Of a stretch of 64,000 nucleotides of DNA, positions 13,128 through 26,718 are shown one piece after another. The stretch covers positions 2,728,001 through 2,792,000 of the forward strand of contig CM022665.1 of the NCBI GenBank assembly GCA_012295275.1, in the 5' to 3' direction. The stretch comes from Chrysomallon squamiferum. Lineage: Eukaryota > Animalia > Mollusca. The notes under the pieces are model-generated. The model was not told the origin of the DNA and searched no databases. It worked only from the letters and a program-made list of their open reading frames with translations. Position numbers and translations under genes: made by a program. Position 1 is the first letter of the stretch. Every line of letters begins with the position of its first letter.

Positions 13128-14317
13128 ATTTTGTGATTTATAAAATAAATAAAAGACTGAAAAATAAGACATCTTATTTATAACCACAATTGACACTTGT
13201 TTTTTTTTTTTTTTTTTCTATGATAAATATTACAAATAATTAAATCGTAATTAATGTTTGTGGTTTTTCGTGTAATAGTTATTGTTTTGCACTTCGAATT
13301 ATTTTCGCTTTTAAATGAACAATTACGCAACGGATGCCATCATTCTAGAACTGATTTTTAAAACTGTTTACAAGGTGAAGTTTTGATAATTAGAAGAAAT
13401 GTACATTTCGGACGCAGTGTGTCCACTCTCTGTCTTGTTAAGTTGACAAAGACTTCTTCTTGGCTCTTCAGAGCAACACGACACTATCATCAAATGTAAA
13501 TTAATTTGTACTGAGATCAGCAAATAGAAAATCCTATGTCTACATCTATGTACACCCAGTTCGTGTGTGTGTGTGTATGTATGTATTTTATGTATGTTTA
13601 TGTATCTGTGTTTGTATGTGTATGTATGTGTTTGTGACTGTGTATATGTATGTGCATATGAGTTTGTACGCGTGTGTATGTGTGTCAGTGTTCACATATT
13701 TTAAATCTGAAATGAAAATATATTAAAAACTTTTATTTGATTAAAAAAAAAAAAAAAAATACACTCCATTTTATTATTTCTGTAATACATTTTTCGATGC
13801 TTAATTATTGTTAGTATAATAATATCGTATACTAATACTAAAAAATATATATATTATTACTAGAAAAGAAAATAAGTATTCTAGTTTTGGTAATCACATA
13901 GACATTTACGTATATATTTAATTGTATTTGAAAGATTTCAGCTGGGATTTTTTAAATGTCACGACCGTAACTAAATTGAGGCAAATGCCTGACACCGAAA
14001 TTGACGAATTAAAAAAAAAAAAAAAAAAAAAATAATAATAATAATAATAAAATAAAAGAATTGGATTTTTTTAATACAAAGATTTTATTTTAAAAATAAA
14101 AAATAAAAATCTCTATTACCGATAGAAACGATATCCACTGAATGAATTCGTTTATGTCTACGGTTACCGTTTCAAAAACGGATTGACGAAAACACGTATA
14201 CACAACTAAGAACCGTCTTTACATACATTTAAAACGATTTGTTTACTAATATATTTACAATACACAACTACACTGCAGTAAAAATATAAACGTCTTGTAA
14301 ACAATAAACTGATTTAC

Positions 14318-14575
14318 CTGAATACTGATGGACTTCGGGTGAAAGCTGAACGATGATATGTGAAAGATTGTCCAGCCTTGTTCCAGCCCAATAAGCGTCC
14401 TTTTCAGATAAAGTTTGTTACAGAGCACAGATTATCACCATACTTTCTAACGATGTCAGTTCAGTCAAAACGTGTAATATTTTCAAACACGCACGTACCG
14501 GTTGCTTTGTGATGTTACTCGACGATGTCAGATAAATAAATAAATAAAAAAAAATGATGGTCATGCGCTGTGGGG
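14318..14575 (-). other. Candidate non-coding first exon (5'UTR) of GPA2
   Basis: Good donor CAG|gtaaat at 14317 on the minus strand, upstream of the 12044 acceptor. GC/CpG-richer sequence lies at 14560-14720 with a TATA-like TAAAAATA near 14602-14609. The 5' limit is a guess. Confidence 0.4.
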
Positions 14576-16293
14576 AGGCTGTACGGGTCTGTATCTGTAT
14601 TTTTAGGGTGGCTCGCAAGAAGCAGGTTTCCGCAGACTCTGAGCTTCACCCACGTTGGAATATGTTTACAGTTGGTTCCTGTCGCAGCCTACACAGAACC
14701 CACGGTGTGAGAAATTAATGTACAAATTTAGTCAGTACCACAGCGTGTATTGATCCATTAACACAAACAAGTGATCAAGTATTTCACGTGTTTTTGTTGT
14801 GGAAACAACGAAAAAAGATCAACTAAAGAAGACGAAAGAAAGAAAGAAAAAAAAAGAAAGAAAAAAAAAAAATATATATATATATAAAAAAAGATAATAA
14901 ATATTTCATTTGTGTTGAGTTGCTTTGTACGAAAAGATTCTGCTGAGCTTTTTGACAAAGACGTTTTTAAAATTTAATATTAAAATTGAGATATTTTTCT
15001 ATAAAATTACACGGTATTTTGCAAATGTAAAACAGCATTACATCTCATGAATACGATGGAATTGATTATGTTTGTAAAAATAGTTCTCAATGAAAGAAAA
15101 ACTACAAGAACAAAGGTGTATTATATAGATATATATATATATATAATAAAATAGTAATAACTGAGGAAGAGAGTTAACAAAACAAGGATGCGCTTTATGA
15201 AATCTCGGTTCAGCAATGGCTGCAGGCGGCTCTCTTTTCAATTTCCTTTTCTCTTTTCAGTTCTACAAAAATTATTTTAAAATTAGAACAGTGAAAAGAA
15301 AATAATTTGAAGTTAAATGGGAAAAAACAAAAGAAGAGAAAAAGAGGTGATGTACAAAAATATCTGATTGTTATTAAACAGGAACGTATTTCATTTAATG
15401 ATGTTGAACTAAAAATGATCACTAAATCCTTCCATACATTATATAATCATAAATACATTATCTAAAGCTTGAACGACTGCGAATGGTTTATATTAGATAT
15501 TATTTACTGGGTTTAATATGTAGAAAATGTAAAAAGAAAATTCATCACAAATATAGGGAAATATTAAATATTAACAGATACAAAATTGAAAAGATATTAT
15601 TACACTTAAACGACGATATGGAGGTTTTATCAGATCAGCTGTATAAACTTCACTTTTAAAGCTCGGATTTACGTATAATATTTCTTACATTTTTCAAATG
15701 CAATATTTATATATATACAAAGTCTAGTATCTTGAAGATACATTTTTCTCTGGAAAAAATTAGAAAATGTCACTGAAGAAATGTTGATCATAAAACCGTT
15801 TAGTTACTTTTATTATAAAGTTGTTTAGCATTCTCAGTTACTGACAAGAAATAAAATAATAAACTTTATCATTCAACCTTCAGAAGAGACCAAACTTCGA
15901 ACAAAAAATGTATTACATCAGCCAAAACTGCAGCACTGAAAACATTAAATACCTTTGGGGTTTTTTGTTTTTTTATACTAATTGTATATATTTATATCAA
16001 CGTATTTATTTCATTTAGAGAGTTTAATTTGTTTCATTGCATTTGACCAAGAGTTATATATTATTTCTTGTAATTGAAAATGTTCAGTGCAATTAAAAAT
16101 ATAGTTATAAATTACAAGGTTCTACTCACTACAATATACTGTCAAGCAAAACATCTAACACATTTGAAATGCAATACCTATAAAATTTCTAACTTCAGTA
16201 ATGTGTCGGTTATTTATTTTTTATTTTTTTTTTTATTCCATTTTTTCTTTCAAAGCAGTAAACAGCTGTTTCAAATGTTTATTATTTTGTGCG

Positions 16294-16337
<44 letters not shown>

Positions 16338-16553
16338 CGTAGCAGTAGAAGTAATAGTAATAATGATTAATATTAACAGTAGAGAAAATACTGTAGAAGC
16401 AACGCAAGAAAAGAAAAAAGGGGTGACTCAATCTTTCAAGTTTATTTTCATTAAATGAAATACTTCCTAATCGTGAAGTAATGTTCTCACATTTATTATC
16501 ATTATTATTATTTTTACAATAATACGACTACACAACTCTGTAAGAGCCGCAGA

Positions 16554-16592
<39 letters not shown>

Positions 16593-16644
16593 TTTGTTTT
16601 TTAAATTCAAATTGTTACCATTTTAATCTTTCAACGTTTTAGTG

Positions 16645-16813
16645 GTGACGTCATCGCATATCTTAGGAAGTAATAACGCTATTTTTCTTACAGTGGTAAT
16701 GAAAAAAATAATAAAAAAATAATAATAATAAGTAAATGAGTAATAAAATAAATAAATAAATGTAAATATAAATATTAGAGTAAATCAGACCGCCATGTAC
16801 GCGATGACGTCAC
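16645..16813. promoter_or_regulatory. Two perfect CRE palindromes (TGACGTCA at 16646-16653 and 16805-16812) in the GPA2/PPP4R4 divergent intergenic region
   Basis: Exact consensus matches; function is inferred. Confidence 0.4.
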
Positions 16814-18845
16814 TACAGAAAACAGGTGTCGCACAGAAACTTTTAACTGTTCACTATTGGTTTTGTACTTTCATTAAAATCAAAAACAACAAAATAAAAA
16901 TATAAAAACAAAATAAGATAATAATAATAATAATTAAAAAAATAGGAATAATAAGAATATAAAAATATAAAAATAAATTAATAATGAAAATAATTTTTAA
17001 AAACAATTAATAAAAGTTTAATAAAAAAATCAATAAAACAAAAGAACTGACAAAATACTAGTGCTAATAGTCTATTTAAAATGTAAAAACTATTTTTAAT
17101 GTAGCATTTTAATACTTATACTTTTTATTTTCTGAAACACAAAAAATTAAATGAATAAATGGACCACAACAACTATAACAATAATAATGATGATGATGAT
17201 GTCGATGGTGATGATAATACTACTAACTAAACAAATAATTAAACAGGCTGAAGATCCTTTTCCGAAATACTTCAGATTTAGGAATATAAGGCGATAACCC
17301 GAGAATAGGATCTACGTCAAAACGCGAAATCTCTCTATTTATCAGTCTATCGGCCGGAGTTGATTGCGGGGACTGGGAGCATGCCCCCACCCCTCCTACT
17401 AATATTTCTTAAATCCAAACTGCTAGAGCTGTTGTTTTTTTTCCCCTGCATTCTTAAAAGAAACAGGCAAGGGCGATAATGAAGTTAGTGTCCAGCAGAA
17501 CCGATCCTCGGAAAAATTAAAGAAATCGGTTACATTACAGCACATTTCTACTGCGCATTAAGACATGGGAGTCGCAGTAACTGCGAAAACTTCATACAGT
17601 TCACCTCAGTAAATTTCGGGGGAATGCGTGTGCACCCCATGCATATGTCATGTAATAAAGTGTATACTATAAGTTATCACTATTTTGGCTGCTCGAAAAA
17701 GTATTGGATTTCGGATAGTGGATCTTCGAATCGAAATAATAGTAATAATAATAAATTAATTAATTAAATAGACTAATACATATTTTCATAATAATAATTA
17801 TTTGTAACGCTGTGTAATATTATAAGGGAATAACAACAGAAATAAAAAACTGAAATTCTTCTTCCTACTGGCCTTCCTACTTATCTCCCTTCTTTCAAAA
17901 AATGGGCAAAAGCCTGCTATCCCCTACGGTGATGTAAAAAAAAAAAAATAATAATAATAAAAATAATAATAATAATAAAAATAAAAAAATAATGAAAATA
18001 ATAATAATAAATAAATAAAATAAAAATAAAAATAAATAAATAAATAAAATGGTCATTAAAAAATAAATATATAATAATAAAAAATAAAATAAAAACTGCT
18101 TGATTTGACAAGACAAACATTACCTGTGATATTTTGTATGACTTTTTTTTTTTTTATATTTGTAACATAATTCCGAGAAAAACCTGATTTAAATTTACGG
18201 ATATAATAAATGATATTATCATAATTTTGTAATATAACACCCGACGTATTTTTTGAGATTTCATATTCATTTTATTTCCACGTCGATTTATGTGTTTATT
18301 TATTTTGTTGTTGTGGTTGTTTGTTGTTGTTGTTTTTTTTTTTTTTTTTTTTTTTTTTAGTTATCATCTTGTTATTTCACTCCCGTTTCTTTATTTCACA
18401 AATCGTCTTTCTTTCACCATTTATTAAAGAAAAAAAAAAAAATATATATATATATATATCATTTATTATCGTTTATATATTGTTTAACCAGCAAAAAAAC
18501 ATGAAATTGTCTCTACGATGCACTTTAAAGCTTTTTGTTATACATTGTTATATATTTTGAAACAAGAACTTTAAAACAAGGGGCTAATTTCTTCTTTCCT
18601 TATTTTTGTTTATTTTTGTATTTTTATTTTATTTATTTATAGCAGTAATGATTGAATGTGTGATCGTAGATCGATGAATCACATATCTATGTGACAAATA
18701 AACAGATATTTATTTTATATTTAAATAAATAAATATATATATATATTCGAAAGATCAAATAATATGTATAAAATTAGGATGCATTAAACGGTCATACACG
18801 GGTAGTGGTATGTAATCATGTGATAAATTCTACATTCTCTTACAA

Positions 18846-18855
18846 TCTCGCGAGA
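18846..18855. promoter_or_regulatory. TCTCGCGAGA palindrome (BANP/'CGCG' element) ~200 bp upstream of the PPP4R4 ATG
   Basis: Exact 10-bp match to a known vertebrate housekeeping-promoter motif, positioned as expected for a promoter element. Confidence 0.5.
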
Positions 18856-19052
18856 ATAAACGTGAACAGCAACAGAGCAACATGGAGTCAAATTTTGTTG
18901 TCAAGTGAAGCTTTCGCAAAATTTTCAATTTTTCACCAATTGATTATTACTCGAAAAAAATGTGGGTACATATGCATATGCATTTTTCAGAAACAAAGCA
19001 TATTTCTAAGAAATGCGGAAAGTTATGAGGTGATAATCACCGCCAAATTAGG

Positions 19053-19136
19053 ATGGATACAACTCCGGGTTCGTTAGCGGCAGATTTGGCAGAACTTCTA
19101 TCAGAGAAAACTATCACTAATTTAAAAGCTCTAAAG
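19053..19136 (+). CDS. PPP4R4: PPP4R4 exon 1
   Basis: MDTTPGSLAADLAELLSEKTITNLKALK; AAG|gtacgt donor, phase 0. Confidence 0.85.
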
Positions 19137-19430
19137 GTACGTTTCTATTACATGTATTCGAATTATTTTTTTGGCTACATATTTAAGAACACTAAATATC
19201 ACACACTTATGATACATATAATTTATGTCATTGCTGTAAATACGTTTCCCGCTTACTTTAGAAAACACTTTAATATTTCTGTGACGCCAAATTGGTTAAA
19301 TACTTAAAATAGCAGTGGGGAAAAAAAAAAAGAAAAAGAAGAAGAAAAAACCCCAGCTAAATACCTGTCTGATTCGTCTATAATACTGGATATTAACATT
19401 ATCTGACTTGTACAAGTTAAATATAAGTTA

Positions 19431-19481
<51 letters not shown>

Positions 19482-22400
19482 CTAACACTTTATTAATAAA
19501 TATTCTGCAAGTCTGTATACTATTTTTTTTATATATGTTTAGTTATTTTAATATTTCTTTGTACCAAAAAAAACAAAAAATTAAATAAGTATGATATCAA
19601 ATATGTATAAATGCCATTGAGCCAGCATTATATCTTTACACAGCAGCCTTTTTATGTCATATAATTATTAAATTGTTAAATATATAATTCTGAAACTTAG
19701 AGTTAATATGAAATTTTTATTTTAACCATCAGACTACTGAAGAACTTGAACAGCTTACTGTTGATGAAAAACTCAATGATATTGAAAGAGCAGTCTACCT
19801 TTTGAGGTTGGTGTCATACCATTTATTTAAAATATATATATATATATACAGGTATCAGAACATTTATTTGACAGATAACCAGAATTGCCAGAAAATTGGT
19901 TTTATAAGTGTGCATCAGTTTGTATCAGTTAAATACAATTTTGTTCTTTATTTTTCATTGTATATTTTATATTTTAAGTATATGTTTAACCTTGGTCCAG
20001 AAAACAAAAATCCACCAATCCCAAAATTGTCAAAAAACTGATCTGATACCTATATATAAATTAATTTTATTACAGAAATGTGGATATGATTAATGTGCAT
20101 CAAAAATAAAATATTGTTAATAATAAGTGTTGAAGCCTGGAAATAAGTGAATAGTTGCAGATAGTGTTCAATACAGATACGTGTATGATTTGTTTTGTTT
20201 TGGAAGTCACATATTTAATACAACTGATCATTTTGACTGACAGAAAATAAAGTATTTCTATACTGAATTGGTTCAATGTTATTTACATTTAAAACTGTAT
20301 GTGTTTAAAGCTTATAAGTTAATTAAGTCTTGAGTTAATCACTTGATGCTAGAAAATTCACATTTTCTCATGAGAAAATGTCTTTGTTGACTGTAGAGCA
20401 ATATGTCTGGTGATACAAGCTTTATTCTTTGAACTGTTGTTCAGTAAACAAGCTGGTTGACCCTGAAATCATCACCATACCAAAAATTGAGACCCAATTT
20501 AAAACTGAACACAGACACGTGATACTGATTTTACTCTGCCTTTGAATTATCTGGACAACTAATCTGATATTTTTTTTGAAGAGAAATATGTTCAGATATG
20601 CATAATTTTATTGTCACTAATGTTATTAAATTATATCAGTATTTAATAGAGAATTATAACAAAGTAGTGGCACATACATTTTTTGTTGTAAAAACAGATT
20701 CACAGACAATGAAAATATTATGACATCGGCATCTGTGCTTATCAAATTAGCCACAGCAGTCTTCCATGGGCACATTCTTTTTTGGTGAAAAAAAGTTTTC
20801 AAATGTAACTAAGAATGTAGAAAAGAGCCCAGACCCTTAGATGCCTTACTGGGACCATCTGATTCAAGTCTGATTATGATGAGACTGGTGATACAACTCA
20901 AAGTTGCAGTGATAATGAAAATTCATTTTAATCCATGTCTGATTCAAACAGCCAAAAATAGTTTTACATTTGATGTATTTATTTATTTAATTTTTTTTTT
21001 TACCTGAAGATGTATGTGCTAATACTTCACTCTAAATGAGGTATTAATGGTGAAAAAAAAATGTACTGTTTGTCTTCAAATATAAAAAAAAACCCAAACA
21101 AACACTATTAAAGTTATAATTATTATTATAATTATTTATTAATTCAGTTTCAGCAAAAATTTGCATACAGAAGTGATTTTGATATGCACCATCCACAGTT
21201 ATTTCCATGTTTCTAGTATTCAAAAATGAGAAATTTTAAAAATATGGTTTGGGATATGTTCAGTCCATTATAAAATATTTCTTTGGTTATTTATTTGTTT
21301 ATTTGGGATTGGAGACCAGTTTCTCATAATGTTAAAGCTTTTCAAGAATATAAGATATCACTGAAGATGAATGGAGGCTGAAATTATGCTTTTATTATGG
21401 CATCAGGCTTTCAAGAATATATATATATATTTTTTTATTATTACTACTGTTAACAATAATTATAATATTGTTTGATAAGCTTGACTCAGTTTGGCCATCT
21501 TTTACGCATGGGTATTATTTACATGTAAACTATAAATGGATTAATGCTGACTGCAGCCACTTCTTCTAAAAATGGTTAATTTCTAACAGACATTAGTTTT
21601 GATCTGTTGGACGTATCTTATTTGTCTATATGTTCAAAAGGTACTTCTGTTGATGACGAAGAGGAAGAAAATGCATACGGCATACTTCCTTATCAATTTA
21701 GGCTGGAATATGACAGAGATGATCCATTGATCTAAATGGCTATTCATTGTAATGAAAATAACCCAGATAATGAAAAGAGACTCATAAACTTTGATGTTTT
21801 TCATACAACAAATTTTTGAAGTGATCATAGTTTAGAGACAATAGTTAGTAGATATTATCAACTAATTTTTTTTATGGGTTGAATTATAACAGAAAGTATT
21901 GTTGACTACACATTTTCAACAGTAATTTTCAACTGTTATTTTTTTACATTTATGCATTGTTTATCTTGACTGCCCATAAATATGAAGGATGTAGTTTGAA
22001 ATGTTTTGAGGATTATTTTATTAACACAAACAAAAAAGGATTATGTGATAGTTTGGGAAATAAAGATATTTATAATTATAATTTATTTTTGCAGTTAATA
22101 GATTTTTTCTAGAAATGCTGCTGTTGATCTTTTTGGGGAAATTCATGGAGCGTTCTAACACTTTTTAGTTCCTTTTTTGGTGCAGGAATTTACCATTGTT
22201 ATGTTTTTAAAATAAAAGCTAATGGGGAAAACACTGAATAGTTTTCAGGTACCATTATTTGCCATGTTACTTGTAGAAGTTGGTACCATGGGTGAACACA
22301 TTGCATTAAATGTGTGATATCACACCTTATTACAAAACTCTTTGTTAGCTAGATGATAATTTTTCAATGCAGGGCAAAAAGAGCAGTTGATTATTGTGAA

Positions 22401-25400
22401 TACAATACAAACTGTTCATCAGGTCAGCACAATTTTGAGATTTCATATGCATTATATATGTGATAAGTGGGTGCCACACAACTGACAGAAATTTTTTTCA
22501 TGACTTATGCTCTCTAATTTATTATTATTTTTTTTATTTTATTTTATTTTTTATTTTTTTTTTTTTTTTTAAATAAATCATAATTCTGTATTTCCTTGAT
22601 TTAGCCCATTTTGATAACCTGTTATTATTATTATTAACAATAATTATTTTATGTAGTTTACTTCAGCAGATTATATTTAGCACAGTTTGTAAAAAAAAAA
22701 AAAAATGTTGCAATTCTATGAATGTTAGGTTAAAGCTTAACAAGAGGTTTCATCAAGCATGGAACTAGTTGAACTAATTTTGTTCTGGATTATGAGCAAG
22801 TCAAATAGGTCAATGCAAACAATTTTATTATGACTGACAAAATGCTGTTAAATATTATTTATACACCTTGATTTCACAACTGATTTTTGTTAATGATGTG
22901 CTTAAATAAAGTATTAACATTTGAACTGACTAAATGTGTGGCATTTTTCTGATACTAAATTTGAACATCTTAAAATTATTTTCATTAACATAAATTGAAT
23001 TTTGCAGCATTAGAGCAATCAATCATATGTTATTACTAAATACACAATACTGATCATAGACTGGACAGCTTTTTGGACACATAATATAAACTCTATAAAG
23101 CTGAAATATATATAAAGCACACTAGAAAATATATTGACTAGATTTTCTCAGTTCTTAATTTCATGGCAGTCAGATTTGTGTTATATTTGTTAAATGTACT
23201 CAGTTACCGGTGAATGAAATAGTCTAATTAGTAAACGAGATGAACTAATTATTTATTGTACACGAAACATCTTGTGCAGACGTTTTGAATCTACTGAGGA
23301 CTCTCACTCAGTTGTCTTCAGAACTATCATACCTTAATTTTAAAATAGATATTTATTATTTAATTATTACACTTTTCAGTTTTATACTTTATAATTTTTT
23401 GAGTTTTGTAGATATAAAAATAGCAATAAATAATATATTAGTTGTAGTAGTAGAAGTAGCAGTAGTTGTAGTTGTAGTAGTAGTAGTAGTAGTAACTCTA
23501 GAAAATAATTGTGGATTCACAGGTTCAGCAGTACATTATTAAAATTTAATTTTAATTTTCAAGATAAATTATTACATATGTTTCGATATCACCTGGTTTT
23601 TACAAACATGAAATTCTTAGTTGAGAATATATTGATTATAAATTAGATTTTAAGCCTTACGGTGTTAATATATTGATTTTAAATTATGTTGATCGAACCA
23701 CATTAATATATTGATTTTGAATTATGCTGATCAAACCTTGTAACTTTATTAGTGAGCTCTAAATTTCTTTTCATGAACTGATTTTAAAATTAACCAAATG
23801 AGTACATGATCTATTAATATTCTTTTTATTTTACAGTTACTATTTTATTGTTCGGTTGACCTATCATGACTCCAGTGAAAAATTTATTTTTAGTACCATT
23901 AGTATGATTATGTAACTTCAAACATACAACAACTGATAGAATATAAATGACAACATTATTTATCTACTGTCACCTTAACCATTGCATATAGAATTAGTCG
24001 TTTGCTTATATCATGTTCATATGCTACAAATAATTATTTTGTGATGAGATAAAATATATGATTGTTTTTAACAATATGTTTGTTTATGTATCTATTAAAA
24101 TAAAATTGTTTTGGAAACACATGAACCATTTTGGGAATTACACAGTCAGCCACATTTGTCTTTATTTTCAGTTTTAAGTTAACTAAACCATATACCCACA
24201 CAGACACAAACACATACATCATTTCTGAAATCAATAACCACAAGTCAGCTATTGATCATGAATATACATGTTGCTATGATGTATGTGCTGCAACATGGAA
24301 TGGATGCCAGTTGTGATGATGGCAGACATGCATGTACTTGACCAAATCAAGAGAAAAGTAAACAGAATATCACTGCAGAATAATTAAAAAAATCTGATGA
24401 TTGATTATTTATACGTGTCAAATATATTGGATTGAAAGGTTTGTTTCATGTCCAACTTTTGCTCATTTTGTTAAACAAATTAACAGTGACAAATACTGGG
24501 TTTAGCAAAATGAATTTTCTGCTTCAAAATGTGCTCAGCACCAACTCTGATGATCCAGGTCTCAAAAACGATGGCCAAGCAAAATCTGCTCACTTGACTT
24601 GAAAACAATTATGGTATTGGGTCACACACTCTTCAGAAAAACATCGTTTTGTGATCAGTCATAACAGAATTGCAAATTTGCATTCTGATACCAGAACAAT
24701 TTTCCACGCAAAGTATGACAATAAAATAATAATGTTTCAAAATGTTTACAAAACTACTGTTTTCCCCCTTCACAGTGAGATCCATGACATTGTATAAATG
24801 GTATTTTGATAATATGTTTTCTGACAACACTAAAGAAACAACAGCAGATCAGTTTTCTGCATACAAATGATGTAACAACTGTAGAAAAACAGCAGCACCC
24901 AGATATTTTTAACTTGTACTTCTTTATTGTAACAATTATTAATTAAGAGTGTATTCAAAACATAAATAAAGCATAACTTTGGAGTTCACAGAATATATTT
25001 TACTATTTGTCTGTTTTAATATCTTTATATTTAAATTAAACTGATAAATTAATCTCAGTACAGATTACAGTAATATGAATTAAGTGTTATCAAAATGGTG
25101 GACATTTAATGCAATGACCAAATTTTTGAAACTATATTAATTATGATTTCCTTTACTGTTATTATTTATATTTTCAATTTTATTTTTAATTATTACAATT
25201 TTGATAATTAGATGGACACATTATTTAGAAATGTTTTGTATTTCAAAAATTGCTGCTATATAATATGGCTAAAACCAAAATATAACTCATATTAAAAGTA
25301 TACGTTATAAAAATATATTTCTTAGCTTGCTTTGAAGTAGATGGGCTATAGCATGTCAAATCCCTAATGAATTTAACTGCATTTCCCCCCCCTCCCCTGA

Positions 25401-26660
25401 GTTTGCTATAACTTTGTACATTTGCTTTATGGTGAGAAGTTTGAAATATTTTAGAAAAAGTTTGAAATATTTTGGTCCATCATGTCTCATGGGATCCATA
25501 TTTAGATCCTTATTTCTAAGCAACCTATGGATAAGTGAATAAAAACATGGTATAATTGGAAAGGAGATCTGTCATTATTTTTTATATTAGTATGTTAATT
25601 AAATGTTTATGGCCTTGACCTTTATAATTGACCTTGAAGCTGACCTAATGGAACTCATGACCTTGAAATAAAATTTATTAGAATTGTAGCCAAGGATATT
25701 GTCTTGAACATAATAAAAAAAAAATGGGTGGTAAAAAAAATAGTTAGACATATATGAATTTTATAATATGATTCTCAGTGACTGGTGATAAGCATATTTC
25801 GTGTTAATGGCATTGAACAGCACAATGGTTGTGTTACCTAAACAGTCACTGATAACCTAAGATAACACATAAAATCTTGACCCAAAATTATTTAAAAAAA
25901 AAAAAGTTAAATAAATAAATAAATAAATAAGTAAGTAAACAAAATATCACAAAGAAAAGAAAAAGAGAAAAGGAATAAAGGAAAAAAAATAAAAGGTTTA
26001 AATTAATTATACAAGAAAACAAAAGATAAGATGGAATAAAAACTGCTAATGTTTTTGTTTTATTTTTTTGTTTTTTATATTATCAACAGTATTAATTAAA
26101 ATGTAGCAGATACACATTATGTATCAAATTCCATTGGTGACAACATACACGTTTTTCTCTGTTGTTTACAGCTGAGTCAAAATACTTACTCAGATTTTTT
26201 GTTGTAATTTATAAAGCCAGTCATAATTCTTTGGTAGTGGAAAATGGCTTTCCTGGTCTGTCTTTTGACTTGAATAAAGGTGATAATCTTATTTGTGTAC
26301 TCTTTTGGTTATATTGATATATATATATTTAGATGTTTTTATCTGTTGTATATATAATAACCTTAGAATAACTACTGAGCACTGAAATAGTATCTAACCT
26401 ACATTACCTTGCATAATTCACTTTTATTGTTAATGCTTATATATATTTTTTTATCATCTTTTATTTCTGATATATTAAGAACATGCAAATTCAAGCAGTC
26501 TGCGTGTGTATATTTTGAAAAATATATGTTCATAGAAAATATATCAACTGTTTGACTATTATATTATTTAAAATGATTTTTATACTGATATTTCATTACT
26601 TCATTTGTTTTTTTTAAATGTATTTATTTTTGGTTGTTTATTTATTTATTTATTTATTTA

Positions 26661-26718
<58 letters not shown>

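Noticed and set aside
17350-17650. GC-richer patch (gggagcatgccccc...) resembling a dispersed non-autonomous repeat or an RNA gene
   Set aside because: I could not define ends, a target duplication, a tRNA fold or A/B boxes, so I did not annotate it.
24313-24398. C box (GTGATGA) and D box (CTGA) ~85 nt apart, suggesting an intronic C/D snoRNA
   Set aside because: There is no terminal stem and no recognisable rRNA or snRNA guide sequence.
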